DNA of 61,955 nt, the filler included, from Collodictyon triciliatum (Eukaryota), in NCBI GenBank assembly GCA_043381765.1. It is 4 parts of 4 records of this genome, joined end to end, with 100 filler letters (N's around TTAATTAATTAA, not from the genome) between each part and the next. Parts side by side here need not be neighbours in the genome. Positions count along the whole stretch, not along the records: positions 1 to 16,336 come from JBHJMP010000429.1; positions 16,437 to 38,547 come from JBHJMP010000430.1; 2 more parts are not named here. The stretch is one strand, 5' to 3'. The notes below the pieces were generated by a model, which saw nothing but the letters and a program-made list of their open reading frames with translations, searched no databases and was not told the origin of the DNA. Every line of letters begins with the position of its first letter. The first letter of the stretch is position 1. A program made the translations under genes and the position numbers. Below, in pieces: positions 1 to 24,583 of this stretch.

Positions 1-137
1 GCTGGAATTGTTATATTTACGCATATGAATTGTACTTTATTTACTGAAGGTGTGTAGCTTGATATGCATCTGACATATATCATAGTTTTCGATTGCTTCT
101 GCTCAAACTTCGTTTTCATGCCCTGCCACGGGTTTGC
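1..137. repeat. Intronic ~140-bp repeat, copy 1 (partner at 4032-4168)
   Basis: Ungapped alignment at offset 4031; 39-99 is identical to 4070-4130, and only 3 substitutions occur over 100-137. Confidence 0.9.
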
Positions 138-219
138 TTCGTATTGTTTTGTTCGCTCTCTATTTTTTTTTTTTTTGTATTTTTTTATTCTTAATTTCCC
201 GCTATGTTTCATGACACAG

Positions 220-685
220 AGCACTGCCGACCGTGTTCGAAGTGTTGTTTGCAAAGTCCTTGACCATCTCACTTCTGTGATGCTTCCCTCTGAGTTCCTG
301 CAAATCTTGCCGAGCGACGGAAACATGGCTTTCTATCTGCCTTACATACACCGCATCATCCAGCACAACAAGGTTGCCTGCTTGCTATTTCACCATACAC
401 CACGCCTTTCTTTGAAGCTGCTCACTTGGCTTGGTGATTCCTCGCAGACTCATTCCCGAGGATTTTTGTGAAAAAAAAAAAGGATGCGTTGTGAATGCAT
501 TTGTTCTGGGTCTTATTCTAACAAGAGAACCTTCCTGCGCTTTATATTTTCCTCTATTCTTTGAGAGAGAAAAAAATTCTTTAAAAAAGACTAACGATTG
601 AAAAACACAACCAAAGGCTTTGGATATTCGACGTGCGATTGTGAGCGATGCAAAAAAGCAGGTGGCACAAGATGAGAGCGCGTAA
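220..685 (+). CDS. HPS3: 3' end (last two exons, 220-372 and 617-685) of an HPS3-like BLOC-2 subunit; 5' part lies outside the window
   Basis: Spliced translation ...VLDHLTSVMLPSEFLQILPSDGNMAFYLPYIHRIIQHNK|ALDIRRAIVSDAKKQVAQDESA*. The F-L-x-x-LP-x-DG-x-x-x-F-[FY]-LPY motif resembles the HPS3 C-terminus as recalled. GT-AG intron 373-616; AATAAA at ~697. Confidence 0.6.
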
Positions 686-1055
686 CAAAAACGAACAATA
701 AACAATTTGAGGAGATTCATCCGATGGAAGCAAGTTAACTTATTAAAAAAAAATATTAAAAGTAGGGTGTAAAGATGGATTATTTTAAACACATTATTTT
801 TTCCAAGGAAGTGAATGGCTACATAATTTCCTTTTCCCTTTTTTTTTTTTTTGTTATCCTTTTTTTCTTCTTTTTTGCTGCCATGATATTGCGCACTTAT
901 TATTTATTTTTTGAATGTACTTGTTGCAGAAATCTTCTACAAAAGTCCGAACGTGTAGAAAATAGTGTTTTTTTTTTCCGATTTTTGAGATTAAGCAAAG
1001 TTTTTTCTCTGCATCCTGCAACGTTGCGTACGAGAATCTGGTGCATTTTTTTTTT

Positions 1056-5551
<4,496 letters not shown>

Positions 5552-6076
5552 CGTCCTCGTGTCTTGTCCCTGTTTTGCGTCGTTTTGTCAGATGATTGGC
5601 CACCCCACAAACGCCACTGGTCGCACCATCACGCAGGATTGCGGCTTTGTGGTGTCTGCTTTCTTTGCTCGGTTTTATCAGTTACCAAAACAAACAGACA
5701 CGATCAGAAAAAACAAAAGCGGAATTTTGATCACAAAAGGCTGCGAAAAGATGGTGATGATCACAGATGAGAACGCGTGACTTGATCGTTCCGTTGCAGC
5801 CGAAGCGTGATTCGACTTTGACGCGGGTTGTTTGTGCAGGCGGGTTGATCGGCGCGCAAACAGAGCCGGGAAGGAGAAGAAGCATGTCTGGTCTGCCGCG
5901 TCCGGTCTTTGGTGGGGTCTCCTTTGCTGCGTATTTTGCAAGTGCCTGCACAAATCTATGGCGAGCCTCTCACCCCTTTTTGTCGTGTCTTTTCTTCTTT
6001 TCCTTATCTTGCTTCCTCTCCCTTTCTTTCCCTTCCCTTTCTGTCTCAAGGCAGCGGACGATCCGGCACCGACGCG
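5552..6076. promoter_or_regulatory. Putative bidirectional promoter/5' UTR region between argH (-) and the CCDC171-like gene (+)
   Basis: Head-to-head ATGs about 525 bp apart; region is GC/CpG-richer than the gene bodies. No specific element identified. Confidence 0.45.
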
Positions 6077-6304
6077 ATGTTCCGCAAGATTTACTATCCC
6101 TATAGCGAGGTTGTATTTTTTGGATAAAATTCATCCTTTTTTCTTACATATTAGATAAATTATTATTGTTAATATTACTATTATTATTATTATTACTATT
6201 GTTATTACTATTATTATTATTATTATTATTACTATTACTATTACTATTACTATTACTATTACTATTACTATTACTATTACTATTACTATTACTATTACTA
6301 TTAC

Positions 6305-6392
<88 letters not shown>

Positions 6393-9300
6393 TCTCCTTA
6401 TGCACGTTCCTGCTTTTACAGAGTTGGTATTCTGATTTCTATTTTCAAAAAAAGGATATTGCAATTCCCACAGATCAGCCGCCGCACACAGAGGAAGGCG
6501 ATCTCACAATGATTCAGCAACAGATCGCTCAGGTATACTCGGTATTTGTTGCGGTTTTACTCTCACGTATTTTTTTTCCCTTTTGGAAGAAACAAATCCA
6601 ATAACGGTGATCTGCTTAGGTCCAGTCCATTCGCCTGGAAAGTGAAAGAAAAGACTCTGTCATCAACGAATTGAAGCAACAGGTATCCAAATCACAACAT
6701 CGATGCTTCTCTTTTGCTGCTGACGTAAATTGACTCTCCAGTATGATTGTGATACATATGGCATTATTTGCATACAATTCCACAGTCAGATTTCTTATTT
6801 CTTATTTTTGTGCGTTTTTTTTAGCACATTTAGCAAATTATTTTTGTTTAGATTTGATTTCTCTATGATTTTTCTTTCTTCGATTTCTTGCTTTCTTGCT
6901 TGATTCAAACATACATTCGTTTCTTTATTTGTTTATTCCTTTCTTTATTATTTTGTTCACAGGTTGCTGAGCTCTTGAAGTACAAGGAACAGTCACTCAA
7001 TCTTCGAGCTCAACTGGCCCTCTTCGAGGAAAGGGCAAAACTGAGGGAAACGGAATCATCTTTTAAAATGAGTGAGTTCCTGAAAAAAAACAATCTATGA
7101 TATTAGCAGTGACTCAATAATTCTTTGATTCTGAAATGAGTTCTTAACTGCATCTCTATATATATTTTGTGAAGCGGAAATGCGAGAGAGGCTGAATCAG
7201 ATGGAATCGTCTGAGGTTCATTTGAAAGGTGAAAAGACTCGTCTGGAAGACCTTCTGGTAAGCTATCGTTATAACGTATTTATATAGTAAGGTAGCAACA
7301 GTTGACCAATTATCCACACTCTATTCTTGCTAGCTCATCCAATAATCAATCTTAAATAAAAGGGATGATAATTACACAAATTCTAATAGGCGCGATCGGA
7401 AGACAGCAAAAGTCAGTTGATTCAGCAGCTACGACGACAACAGTTTGAGGTGGAAGGTTCAGTTCGGGTGGAATCCGAACGATGGATATCCATGAAATCG
7501 AAGTTGGAGGCAGACTTAAAAATTGCTCTGGATACTGTTGATTCTCAGAGAGGTTATATCTTATTGCATATATCACAATTAGCTTTTATTTTCTTTTTTC
7601 AAAATGAGTTCAACGCATGACTTGCAAATGGTCGTATTAGTTTTCCGATATTGTCCCTTGCCATTATTTATTTCTCGATTATTATCATTATTATAGTTAT
7701 TATTACCTATTTGCGCTCTCGATGCCTAATTATTGGGCTTGCTTTATTTCAGAAACAATATCAAGGATGAATGTTCAGTTAAAAGCACTGAGAGAACAAC
7801 AGGAAGTGGCAGGAATGGCCCACGCTCAGCGTGATTTACTCGAACAGGAGAAAAGTCATATGCACAACACCATGCTTAGCCAACAGGCTCAAATTGCGTC
7901 CTTACAAGGTTTGTTTGTGCCACCATGTTTATTTTTTATCATTAGTTTCATCAATTCAAAAATGAAAAAAAGTTATGTTTATATTTTTTTAATATCATAT
8001 TTTGAAACAGCAATTTTGAGCGAAACTTTGATTTATTCTGTAGACAAAATTGAGCGTTTGACTCGCCAAGCTGAGGCTGTCGATGACTATAGAAGAGAAC
8101 TTGAAAATATTCCGTCATTGCAAACCGAGGCATGCTATTTTAGATATTAGACTATTCCCTCTTTAAGTTATTCCCCACCTTCTAAAGAATTTTAAATGCA
8201 ATTTATGATACCCGTCCTCTTACATTCTTAAACTATAGATACGAAGTCTCACAGTATCTCGCAATGAAATGGCAGAACAATTGGCTTCAGAGAAGTTAGC
8301 GGCCAAGAACATAGAAGAAGAAAAGCGTCGATGGAAGGATTTGTATCAAGAAACTGAAAAAAGAATGCGAGAAACCAACCAACAACTCGAATTGTAATTA
8401 TTTATTTCATGATAAATTGTATAGCTTACTTGGTCACTCAAAAAAAAAAAAAAACGAATCGTTTGGAAACACATTTTGAAGGGCTGAACTGACTGGCAAC
8501 CAATCAAAAGGCAACTTTTGGAATTGAGAGGTCAACTTGTCTCGTACTCATCACCAGTCAAGGAGCTGAATGACAGGAAGCAACAAGTTGAATTACTGAC
8601 TGAGGAGCTTTCCCGCCAAAGAGCAACTATCGGGAAACTATCGACCGAATTGATGGACGTACGATTTTATACCCACGCGTCTTGTTCGCCTTTTCAGATA
8701 TTGGGTTATCTTGCTATCCTTTTTTTCTTCTGTTTTGCATCGCATTTTTTTGTTTTTTTTGTTTTGTTTTGCTTTGTTTTGCTTTGCTTTGCTTTGTTTT
8801 TACACCAACTGGGGCCAATAAATTAGATGAGAGAACAATATTTGGATGCCTCCAGAATTCTGGAGGCCGTGACGGTAGAGATACCCATAGAGCTTGCTTC
8901 GGTCCAAAAGTTACTGGAGCATGCAAAGGTAGCGGGGCAATTGGACGCGAATGAAGGTTCAGGATTTTGCTCAATTCCGCTATAAAAATCAAGAGAAATG
9001 TATCTTTCCTTATATGAAGCCTGAATCACACATTTAACAAACCTGAACATCTCAGTGCCTGCGCAACCACTTTCTAGCCTCCTTGGCTCCCTCAAAACAG
9101 CCATATACGCCGTTCGCATGCGCGCAATTGAAATCTGCACTGAGGTGATAAAAATCCTTTCAAGTCATTTCAAATTATGTACCTATAACTCGCTCTTTAT
9201 TAATCTTGCTGGTTGACTTGATAAAACTATTTTCAGTTCGTGAATACGAAAGAAGCGAATCGTGTGCTTGTGATGAAGGTAGAAGGCCAAGAAAAACAGA

Positions 9301-12300
9301 CAAAATCAATTGGAGTGGAGATCGACGAAAAATCAAGGGTATTGAAATTTTGAATGTGTCTGTAGATTAGTTGCTTTCTTTTTAGTGAAATTTTTCCCAC
9401 TTTTTTTTATCTGAATGGAAAGTTAAACTTGGATCAGTCACATGGCATTGTCATATATTAATTCTTTTCCACATGCAGGCGTACTACGAACTGCAACAGG
9501 ACCATAACCGAATATCACAACACATGAAGAATCTCGAGAAGGATTATGAACAAAGTCAACAAAAGTAAGAATTTTTTGAAAGTATTCTTTCGGATGTGGT
9601 ACCAATACCACATTGGAACCTTTTATAGAAATTTATTAATTCGACTCAAATCTTTTCGATTCTTCACACAACGCTAACTAGATTATGAAAATACTATTAT
9701 ACTTAATTATTTTTAGACTAAGGCAATATGATTCCCTTAACCAACAACTAGAACAAGAATTAGAGGTACAATTTCGATTTTATACATCACAAAAAAAATA
9801 TGTAGTGCTCCCGCTTGTTATTTTTGTATGTATTCATGAATAATATCTTCACTATGTTAACCGCTTCTCTCTTTGCTTGTTTTCTCTTTTACTCATTTTT
9901 GTATTAAGATACGAGGGGACTTCATTTTAACATGCTCACACCAAATGGCAGACTTTATTTCTACTATCCCTGATTTTAGACCAATCTCCACGTATGTAAA
10001 ACCTAAATATGAACAAAGCAAGGATGAAAGTTAAAGAGCAATATTTTGATATACCTAATTAACACCCCTATTAGGAGGCAATCCAACCTGGCGAATTGGC
10101 CTGTCCTCACGCATGTATTTTCAGACCAGATTGTCCAAATTTTGGGACATGCGAGAAGCTGCTCGAACCAGGCAACCCACTGATATGAGAGCCATGAAAA
10201 TAAGTTGTTGGAGTGTATATCAATTTCATGAGACACAGTGTGGCCGATAACGCACATCCTTTTCCATGTAGATGTATGAACTCAAGCAGGAACTTTTGAA
10301 AAAGGATGAACTGCATACAATCTCAGTTCGTCAGCTTGATGAGCTTCGAGAAGATGTATGAGTAATCGATTCAGATTGTGTCAAACACATATCATTCATT
10401 TCTATTGCAAATCACATGGGGTCTTTCTTCTCCAGTCTTATCAATACACGAGCTTTTGTTTTCTCACCCAAATATATAGTCCCGAAAAAGGCACGATGCA
10501 TTGATTGCCAAGCATTCGGAAGAGATGGCGGCGATTGGAAAAGAATCGAGTTCTAATATTGATGTGCATAAGCTATAATCTGTTCATACTGATAATTTCT
10601 AGTCTATAGTTTTTTCTTTTTTTCTTTTATTTATTATGGTTTATTGAATCTGATGCTCATGCCACGCAACGGACATTCTCAATTAGTCTCTCAGAAGGCA
10701 GCTGAACAGTTTGTCAGAACAAGTTGCAACATTTGACGAACAAAGTCGAGGGACACATAGCGAGATACAATCTCTAAGAAGCGAGGTTAACGAGGGACAT
10801 CAATCTCAGAATGCATTAGTAAAAGTAAGAATTTCCTTCCTTCAAATACTTTGTGCTGAACCGGCACTAGCCACTTTTCAGATTGCCTTGAACGGATTCG
10901 ACGGGAAGCGTATTCATTTAAATTTTTACTGTTCAGGCCCTGAGCATTGCGCTTCGCAGTATGAAGGCGACAGATGCACGTATCCGTGAACTTATATCTC
11001 AGAAGCGCTTTTTGGGTGGGCGGGTATCTGTGTGCGAAAAAATCTGCAGAGACATCCAAGATTTGAGTTTTGCAGTTACAGGAGACTTTCAATCATCACG
11101 ACCAACAAACTACACAAGTAAAGAGAAGCGAAGTTTGCGAGGTTTTTTTTTTTTTACGTCTGATAAAAAGCTCCTTTGTTTCATGTGAAGTCACATTTAT
11201 GCCACCAAATGATTAGTTATGTCGATTTTTAACAAGAAATTAGTGTACAGAGAACTTCTCTCTCTCTCTTTTTTTTTTTTTTTTGAATATCCCGGCGTTG
11301 TTTTTCTCTTTATTGTGTGATGAAAACATTTTAATTTTTAGTGGTTGCGATCGCTGTTCTTCTTTGTCATCGATTGCGAAAGAATCTTCTTAATCCTGTG
11401 TATGGGAAGTCTGTTCCGGCCGGTGTTGACCGCATTCATATATGCCGCAACGACGACATGACCTTTCCATCAGGTAACAGAAAACTTATCTCTGCATTTG
11501 AAACACTATCCATTTTCGCTATAATTTCTTTCCCTTTCGTTATTCGCAACGGCCTTATGCTTCTTTTTTAAAAAAAAAAATTCATTCTCTTTTCATTCAC
11601 TTTCTACATTCGTATGTTTTTTTTTTTATTTCCCTGGCCTCCGTGTCTTCAATCATGCGCCCATCTTCATAGACTCCAGAATGTTTATCCAGTATGTGCG
11701 AGACACCATCTCAACTTCAGAATCGGAGGGTCGAATTTTGGCAAACATGCGCACCAAGTATGACCCAACTTTCCTCCAACACGACCGTCACTTATCGCGC
11801 TCTCTTTTGTTCTGGATTAATCGTCAGGTAAGGCAGCCCCATACACCCTAACCCTCTATCATGGATGAAAAATCCAAAGAATGCATTTGAGTAATTGCAG
11901 TATCGCTCGGTCGCAGGCAAGAGTTGGGCAGAAATCCAAGCAAAGTGGCGTGGAGAAAGCCATCTCTGTAATTCGACGGTCAACCTTGCAACTTACCAAA
12001 TTGCTCCGTGAGTCTGAAAAGGAAAAGGAACGGATGAAACAGATTCATCTAGAGTTTGGGGATGCCAGCAATATGTAAACAACAAAGAATTCTCATGTAG
12101 TATCGAGTCACCGATTCATATGTTTTCCTTTCTTCTCTCTCCCGTAAGATTTATTTTAATGTTCAATTTGATTAGCTGCCAGATATATTTTTATTTTGAT
12201 CTCCCTTTTTCTGCTTTATTTTCCTTTTTGCAACGAAAGACACCAAAGACAAATCCAGGAACTGGAAAATCGCCTCACCCAGGAACAAAATTGTGTTTTA

Positions 12301-15256
12301 CAGCTCGAAAATAACATCCACATCCTCCAGGTTTTTCTTTTGCCTCGAAATCATCGCACTCACAGTTATTTACGATGGAATCATGCCCTTGATTAATTAT
12401 TTAGCGTTCTGAAGTGTTTTGGTTCACTTGCAGAGTGAAATGGCCTATCACGTTTCTCCCGAAAAATACAACTCGATTCTCAAATCACACGAAGAATTGA
12501 TTCAGGCCTACAGGGAGCTAAAGGAAGACAAGGTTTCATATAAATTGGGCTATTTCTCAAGATTATGAAATCTTTCTACTTTAATTTCGCAGAGCAATTT
12601 GTTTTATATTCGAAACGTTAGACAACTAAGACAATAGGTTTCATTTTTTTTTTTATTTTAGGCTGCACTTCAAAATGAATATGATTCGCAGTTTGCTTTA
12701 AATGCGAGCCTGAGGCAGTCACTTTCCAGGGTTGAGGAAGACTTTAAAAAATCAAACGATGAATTAGCTCGCTACAGAAGGTTCTTTTCTTTTCTTTTCT
12801 TTTCTTTTCTTTTCTTTTCTTTTCTTTTCTTTTCTTTTCTTTTCTTTTCTTTTCTTTTCTTTTCTTTTCTTTCTTACTTTNNNNNNNNNNNNNNNNNNNN
12901 NNNNNNNNNNNNNNNNNNNNNNNNNNNNNNNNNNNNNNNNNNNNNNNNNNNNNNNNNNNNNNNNNNNNNNNNNNNNNNNNTCTCTTCTCTTCTCTTCTCT
13001 TCTCTTCTCTTCTCTTCTCTTCTCTTCTCTTCTCTTCTCTTCTCTTCTCTTCTCTTCTCTTCTCTTCTCTTCTCTTTTTATATAATCATTTCTTGTATTA
13101 ACCGTGAAGTGCATGGAAAATATGTCGTAATTTCGATTGTGCTTACAACATTTAAGTATCAAATGTGAATTTGAAGTTTTTCTTTCACATTGTGTGTCAT
13201 TCAAAAAAGGGAGATATATAGAGAGAGAAAATGAAAGTGGAGTCCAGCACTTAATTCAATTCATGAATGTTTGAATCGACAGAATAGCGACTGAGAAAGA
13301 TAGGGAAGTTTCAAACACAAATGACTATTTGAAACAAAAGGCTCATCAGGTATGCCCTACATCTATTGGGTGTCGTATTGAGCAATTCTCCGTTCTGGGA
13401 TTATACAAAAAAAATCCGCAAGAATGGCATGATTTTCATGGAATTTAGTCCGTTCAATAAATAGTTTCGTATAACGTCGTTGGTTTGTGATAGATGGTCG
13501 TCATTGAGGATGCAAGGAAGCAGCAGACAGTCGAAATAGCCTCTCTTCATGCCCAGATAGACAGAATCACCATCGACAAGCAATCACTCGAGGCTCAAAT
13601 ATCGATGTTCCAATCCGAATTGGATGAGAGGAAAAACACCATATCGCGACTCGAATCGACACTTCTGGAGGCAGAAAGACAGAGACAGGTATTTTATTTT
13701 ATTTTATTTTATTTTATTTTATTTTATTTTATTTTATTTTATTTTATTTTATTTTATTTTATTTTATTTTATTTTATTTTATTTTATTTTATNNNNNNNN
13801 NNNNNNNNNNNNNNNNNNNNNNNNNNNNNNNNNNNNNNNNNNNNNNNNNNNNNNNNNNNNNNNNNNNNNNNNNNNNNNNNNNNNNNNNNNNNTTTTATTT
13901 TATTTTATTTTATTTTATTTTATTTTATTTTATTTTATTTTATTTTATTTTATTTTATTTTATTTTATTTTATTTTATTTTATTTTATTTTATTTTATTT
14001 TATTTTATTTTATACGATACATGATATTTTAAAAACTTCACATGCATTGCCCTTTGCTGATGTCAATGAAATCACTCAGTTGGAATCAGACAAGACTCAG
14101 AAGCTGCAGAGTGAGATAAACCGAAGAGAACGCGACCTCGCCAATTGCCAGGAACTTGTGTCTGCCTTGACTGATGTATTCTGTTTATTCTGAAATAAAT
14201 GAAATTCAAGCAAATGTAGAACACATCGATGAACATATTTTTTTTCGTGATTCATGCTTCTACTTTTCTTTTTTCTTTTTTTTCTTATTTTTTACGACTT
14301 GGTGTTCCACGGTAATTGAATCTTTCTTTAAAAATAAATAAATTGATTAATTGATTAAATTAAAAGGCACACCAAAAGTCAACCGAGCGAGCCAAAGTGC
14401 TTCAATACGAAGTGGATTCCTACCGCAGACAAACAGACACCCGAAGCAGTCTCGACGACCGCCATTCCAGCTCGCGCCAGACAGATTCCAGAGAGACCGA
14501 TGATGTAATGGGGTGACCACCCTTGCCTATAATTTGCTTGCATATTCGGGCGCTTTGTTTCTGCTGCTGCTGCTGCTTTCTCTTCTGGCACAAATCTCGC
14601 TTGTTCGCTCATTCGTTTGTTCTCTTAGATTGCCCGAGCGCGTCTGGAGCTGTTCAATATAAAAGCGTCCGCAGAAGCAGAGCTGCAGTGAGTCTTGCTG
14701 ATTCCGTTCGGCATACACCAAACAAACAAACAAACAAACAAACAAACAAACAAACAAACAAACAAACAAACAAACAAACAAACAAACAAACAAACAAACA
14801 AACAAACAAACAAACAAACAAACAAACATACACTTGGCATTTACCTGTTTGCTGTCTTTGCCAACACACCACAAATCCCTTACACAAATCGCATCAAACC
14901 CACACAGAGCTCGGCAAAGAGCAGGCGCAAGCGGAGCCTATCACATCCACCGTGATGAGCGTGATTTGCGGCAATACGTCCAATCCTTGACCCACGCCAT
15001 CGACCGCACGCAAAGAGCCGAAACGCAGCCCCAAGCAAAGGGCGAATCACGCCCGAGTCCCACCACGTATGTGCCCATCGCCCAGACATCTGATGCAGAA
15101 TCCCCCTCCAATCAACCCATCAATCACGCAAGCAAACGAGCCTAACACGCTTTCCATCACGGCAGCGACAAACGGCAGCAGACGCCGACATCGTCCCAGG
15201 CTCGTCCGTCTCGTCTCGGGCAGCAGCTGACCCGCACATTCCAAACTGTACTCTAG
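6077..15256 (+). CDS. Large multi-exon coiled-coil protein, CCDC171-like
   Basis: More than 25 exons join in frame from ATG 6077 to TAG 15254-15256; E/Q/K/R heptad-rich. Segment ELISQKRFL...IQDLSFAV...RSLR|VVAIAVLLCHRLRK resembles the CCDC171 FRxAVIAVLAANRL region as recalled. Confidence 0.7.
6160..6392. repeat. (TAT)n/(TATTAC)n intronic microsatellite
   Basis: Direct reading; source of the poly-N/poly-L ORFs. Confidence 0.95.
12782..13075. repeat. (TTTTC)n and (TCTCT)n intronic microsatellites spanning an N gap
   Basis: Direct reading. Confidence 0.95.
13690..14012. repeat. (ATTTT)n intronic microsatellite spanning an N gap
   Basis: Direct reading; begins immediately after the GT donor. 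Confidence 0.95.
14719..14827. repeat. (CAAA)n intronic microsatellite
   Basis: Direct reading. Confidence 0.95.
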
Positions 15257-15511
15257 GAGAAAAAGAGAGAAGCGCACAACAACATAACAATAACAATAAC
15301 ATAACACACAAACCGTCCAGACTCCGAGTCTCGTTATAGCCGCGATCAATCCACCGATCTTTAGAGAGAAAACCCAAATAATAAACCAATAAAGAAAAAA
15401 AAGAAAAAAACTAAAATGATTGCGCTATGAAACAGCACTATACATAAGGCTCTTTGGAAAGTACAGGCATTGGAAAGAAAGGAAGAAGGGAAGGAAAAGA
15501 GCGTCGCTGCC

Positions 15512-16120
15512 ATGCACAACATCCCTCGGCCTATCAACCTGAACGCGGCCTGCTCAATGCCTCGCCCACTCGCCGACAAAATCTCCACCGCGTTCTTCGA
15601 CCCATCGATCGTCCCACAGAACGAACTCCAACAAAGAGAGTCAAGCACACAACCCGGCCTCCCACAACTCTCAAAGGCTGCTGCGCCGCATCTGCTCTGC
15701 TCGGACCTCAACACATCCTCGCTTTTCACGCCGTTTCGCGGTTTGTCCATGCGTCTGCGCCACTCTTTGATGTCTTCAAATGCTGGTTCCGAGGACGCCT
15801 CGGAGTGCGCACAAAGCGGCCCATTGATCGTAAACGAGGCTGGACTCTTTGCTGTGTGCGAGTCTCTACTGCTGAAGTTGCCCAGCAAAGACGCGCCCGT
15901 GGCCGGTGAACCAGGCGATGCAGATGGGACTCAGCATCAAACGGAACCCACAAACAGTGGCTTGTTCGTCCCAGTACCAGCTTTGAACTTTGGCACAGTT
16001 ATCCAGCAGCAGCAACAACAACAACAGCAACAGCTTAATGCCCAGAGACGTGCTGAACAAGTGAAAAGTCATGTGGAAGAGTTTTGGAGTGGCCCTGTAA
16101 TTCGGAAAACAATTAATCGT
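15512..16120 (+). CDS. First exon of an unidentified protein (poly-Q tract); gene truncated by scaffold end
   Basis: About 200 open codons from ATG 15512 with coding-like composition, followed by intron-like T-rich sequence. The exact donor is uncertain. Confidence 0.55.
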
Positions 16121-16336
16121 AGGAGGAATTTACTTTCTAGATTTTTTTTAATTAAAATATATTAATGATTTTCGTACCATATATTTTTGATATTGAGTGC
16201 TTCTTTTCTTCTTTTCTTCTTCTCTTCTTTTCTTCTCTTCTTTTCTTCTCTTCTTTTCTTCTTTTCTTCTTTTCTTCTTTTCTTCTTTTCTTCTTTTCTT
16301 CTTTTCTTCTTTTCTTCTTTTCTTCTTTTCTTCTTT

Positions 16337-16436
16337 NNNNNNNNNNNNNNNNNNNNNNNNNNNNNNNNNNNNNNNNNNNNTTAATTAATTAANNNNNNNN
16401 NNNNNNNNNNNNNNNNNNNNNNNNNNNNNNNNNNNN
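16337..16436. other. Artificial scaffold linker N44-TTAATTAATTAA-N44
   Basis: Six-frame stop linker; recurs identically at 38548-38647 and 58366-58465. Confidence 0.97.
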
Positions 16437-16544
<108 letters not shown>

Positions 16545-16773
16545 AGCCACACGCATGGGCGCACTCTTTCGCCGTCTGTCTGTCTGTCTGTCCCACACTT
16601 TCCCACCCTCTCACTTCCCGCTCCTTGCCAGCAAAAGCGGAGCCAGGGCTGAATAAACCTCCTGAACTCACACACCCATTCTCGCGCTGGTGTCGACCTG
16701 TGTGATCGCCGGCTGGGCGAGAAGCGGCAGCCAAATAAGGGATCAGCACGCACCCACTGATCCACACACGCAG

Positions 16774-17244
16774 ATGGGCAACCGGGCAGCAACGCCCGTG
16801 CAGCGGGGCGACAGCGCCATGGGAGCGGGAGTCGGAGCGGGAGTCGGAGCGGCCGGGGTTGTGTCGGAGAACGTGGAGCTGCGGCGTGCGCTGGAGGAGG
16901 TGCGGAAGGAGAAGGCGCAGGCGATCAACATGCTGAAGCAGTCGGAGATCTGGATCGAGAACCTGACGGGGCGCGTCGGGGCGCTGGAGGGCGCGTGCAA
17001 GCGTGCGCAGCAGGAGCGGGACCGTGCGCTGGGGGAGCGGGACCGGCTGCAGGAGCTGCTCTACGCCGACCGCAGGAAGTACCTGGACCACATCGAGGAC
17101 CTGGAGGCCGGCTACCGCGACCTGGAGGACGAGCTCGCCCGCCTCGCACACGACCTGCACGCCGCAGACCCCTCCTTCCAGCCCCCGCCCCACCACAGGC
17201 CCCACCCCCGCGCCCCCTCCCTCCCGCTCCCGGACCCCAGCTGA
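16774..17244 (+). CDS. GC-rich single-exon coiled-coil protein, unknown function
   Basis: 156 codons with strong GC3 bias and heptad pattern (ELRRALEEVRKEKAQA...DLEDELARL); AATAAA at ~17337. Confidence 0.7.
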   Translation: MGNRAATPVQRGDSAMGAGVGAGVGAAGVVSENVELRRALEEVRKEKAQAINMLKQSEIWIENLTGRVGALEGACKRAQQERDRALGERDRLQELLYADRRKYLDHIEDLEAGYRDLEDELARLAHDLHAADPSFQPPPHHRPHPRAPSLPLPDPS

Positions 17245-17602
17245 CCCCCCCTTCCCCGCCCCGCTGCCCTTCCTGTACATCTCCCGCCCCTGCTGCGCCC
17301 TTCTTGCAAATCTGGAATCTGCTCCCGCCCGCCCCAAATAAACCGTGCCTCTGCCCGCTCTGTCCTTGTGATCTCTGTCTCTGTCTCTTCCTCTCTCTTT
17401 CTTTTTCTCTTTCTTTTCTTTTTCTCTTTCTTTTCTTTTTCTCTTTCTCTTTCTCTCTTTTTTTTCTCTCTCCTCTTTCTATCGCCCTCCCACACAAGAG
17501 TCCCGTGTTTGTTGCGCCCCCCTGACTCCCTTGTTGCTGTATCGCGTCGGGTTTTAACTCAGCCAGCAGAGAAACGCATCGCGCGGCGCCGCACAACCTC
17601 AA

Positions 17603-24162
<6,560 letters not shown>

Positions 24163-24334
24163 GTCCGGGATTCTGCATCCGCCTCGCTCGCCCCTTCACT
24201 GCCGCCTCCGGGTTTGCCCAGACACGCGCGAATAAACGCATCCAATAAGACAACCAAAACCCAAAACAAATGCATATAAATGGCAAAAGAGCAGAGACTA
24301 AAAACAACAGACGCGTCATTGCTCAAGATCGGGA

Positions 24335-24423
<89 letters not shown>

Positions 24424-24583
24424 AGAAAGGAAAAAAAAAAGCATAGGAAAGTAAAGAAGAAAAGGAAAAGAGAGATTCGTCACATAAATCAGCCCGACCA
24501 CCTCATCAACCGCCCAAGAGGCCTGCTTGTCAGTCCATCCGCCAAAAGTCCTGCTAACGCCCGTCATGATGACAGGGGCAACC

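Noticed and set aside
6144-6464. Poly-N and poly-L ORFs, and an ATATCCTT on the minus strand at ~6452
   Set aside because: These come from an intronic TAT microsatellite; the U12-like motif is antisense to the host gene with no matching exon.
10172-10271. Possible GC donor CAG|GCAACC
   Set aside because: An in-phase GT donor (CAT|GTATTT, ~10115) is available, so GC is not required.
16381-16392. Palindromic TTAATTAATTAA repeated three times in the window
   Set aside because: It is an artificial linker within N runs; gene adjacency across it is meaningless.
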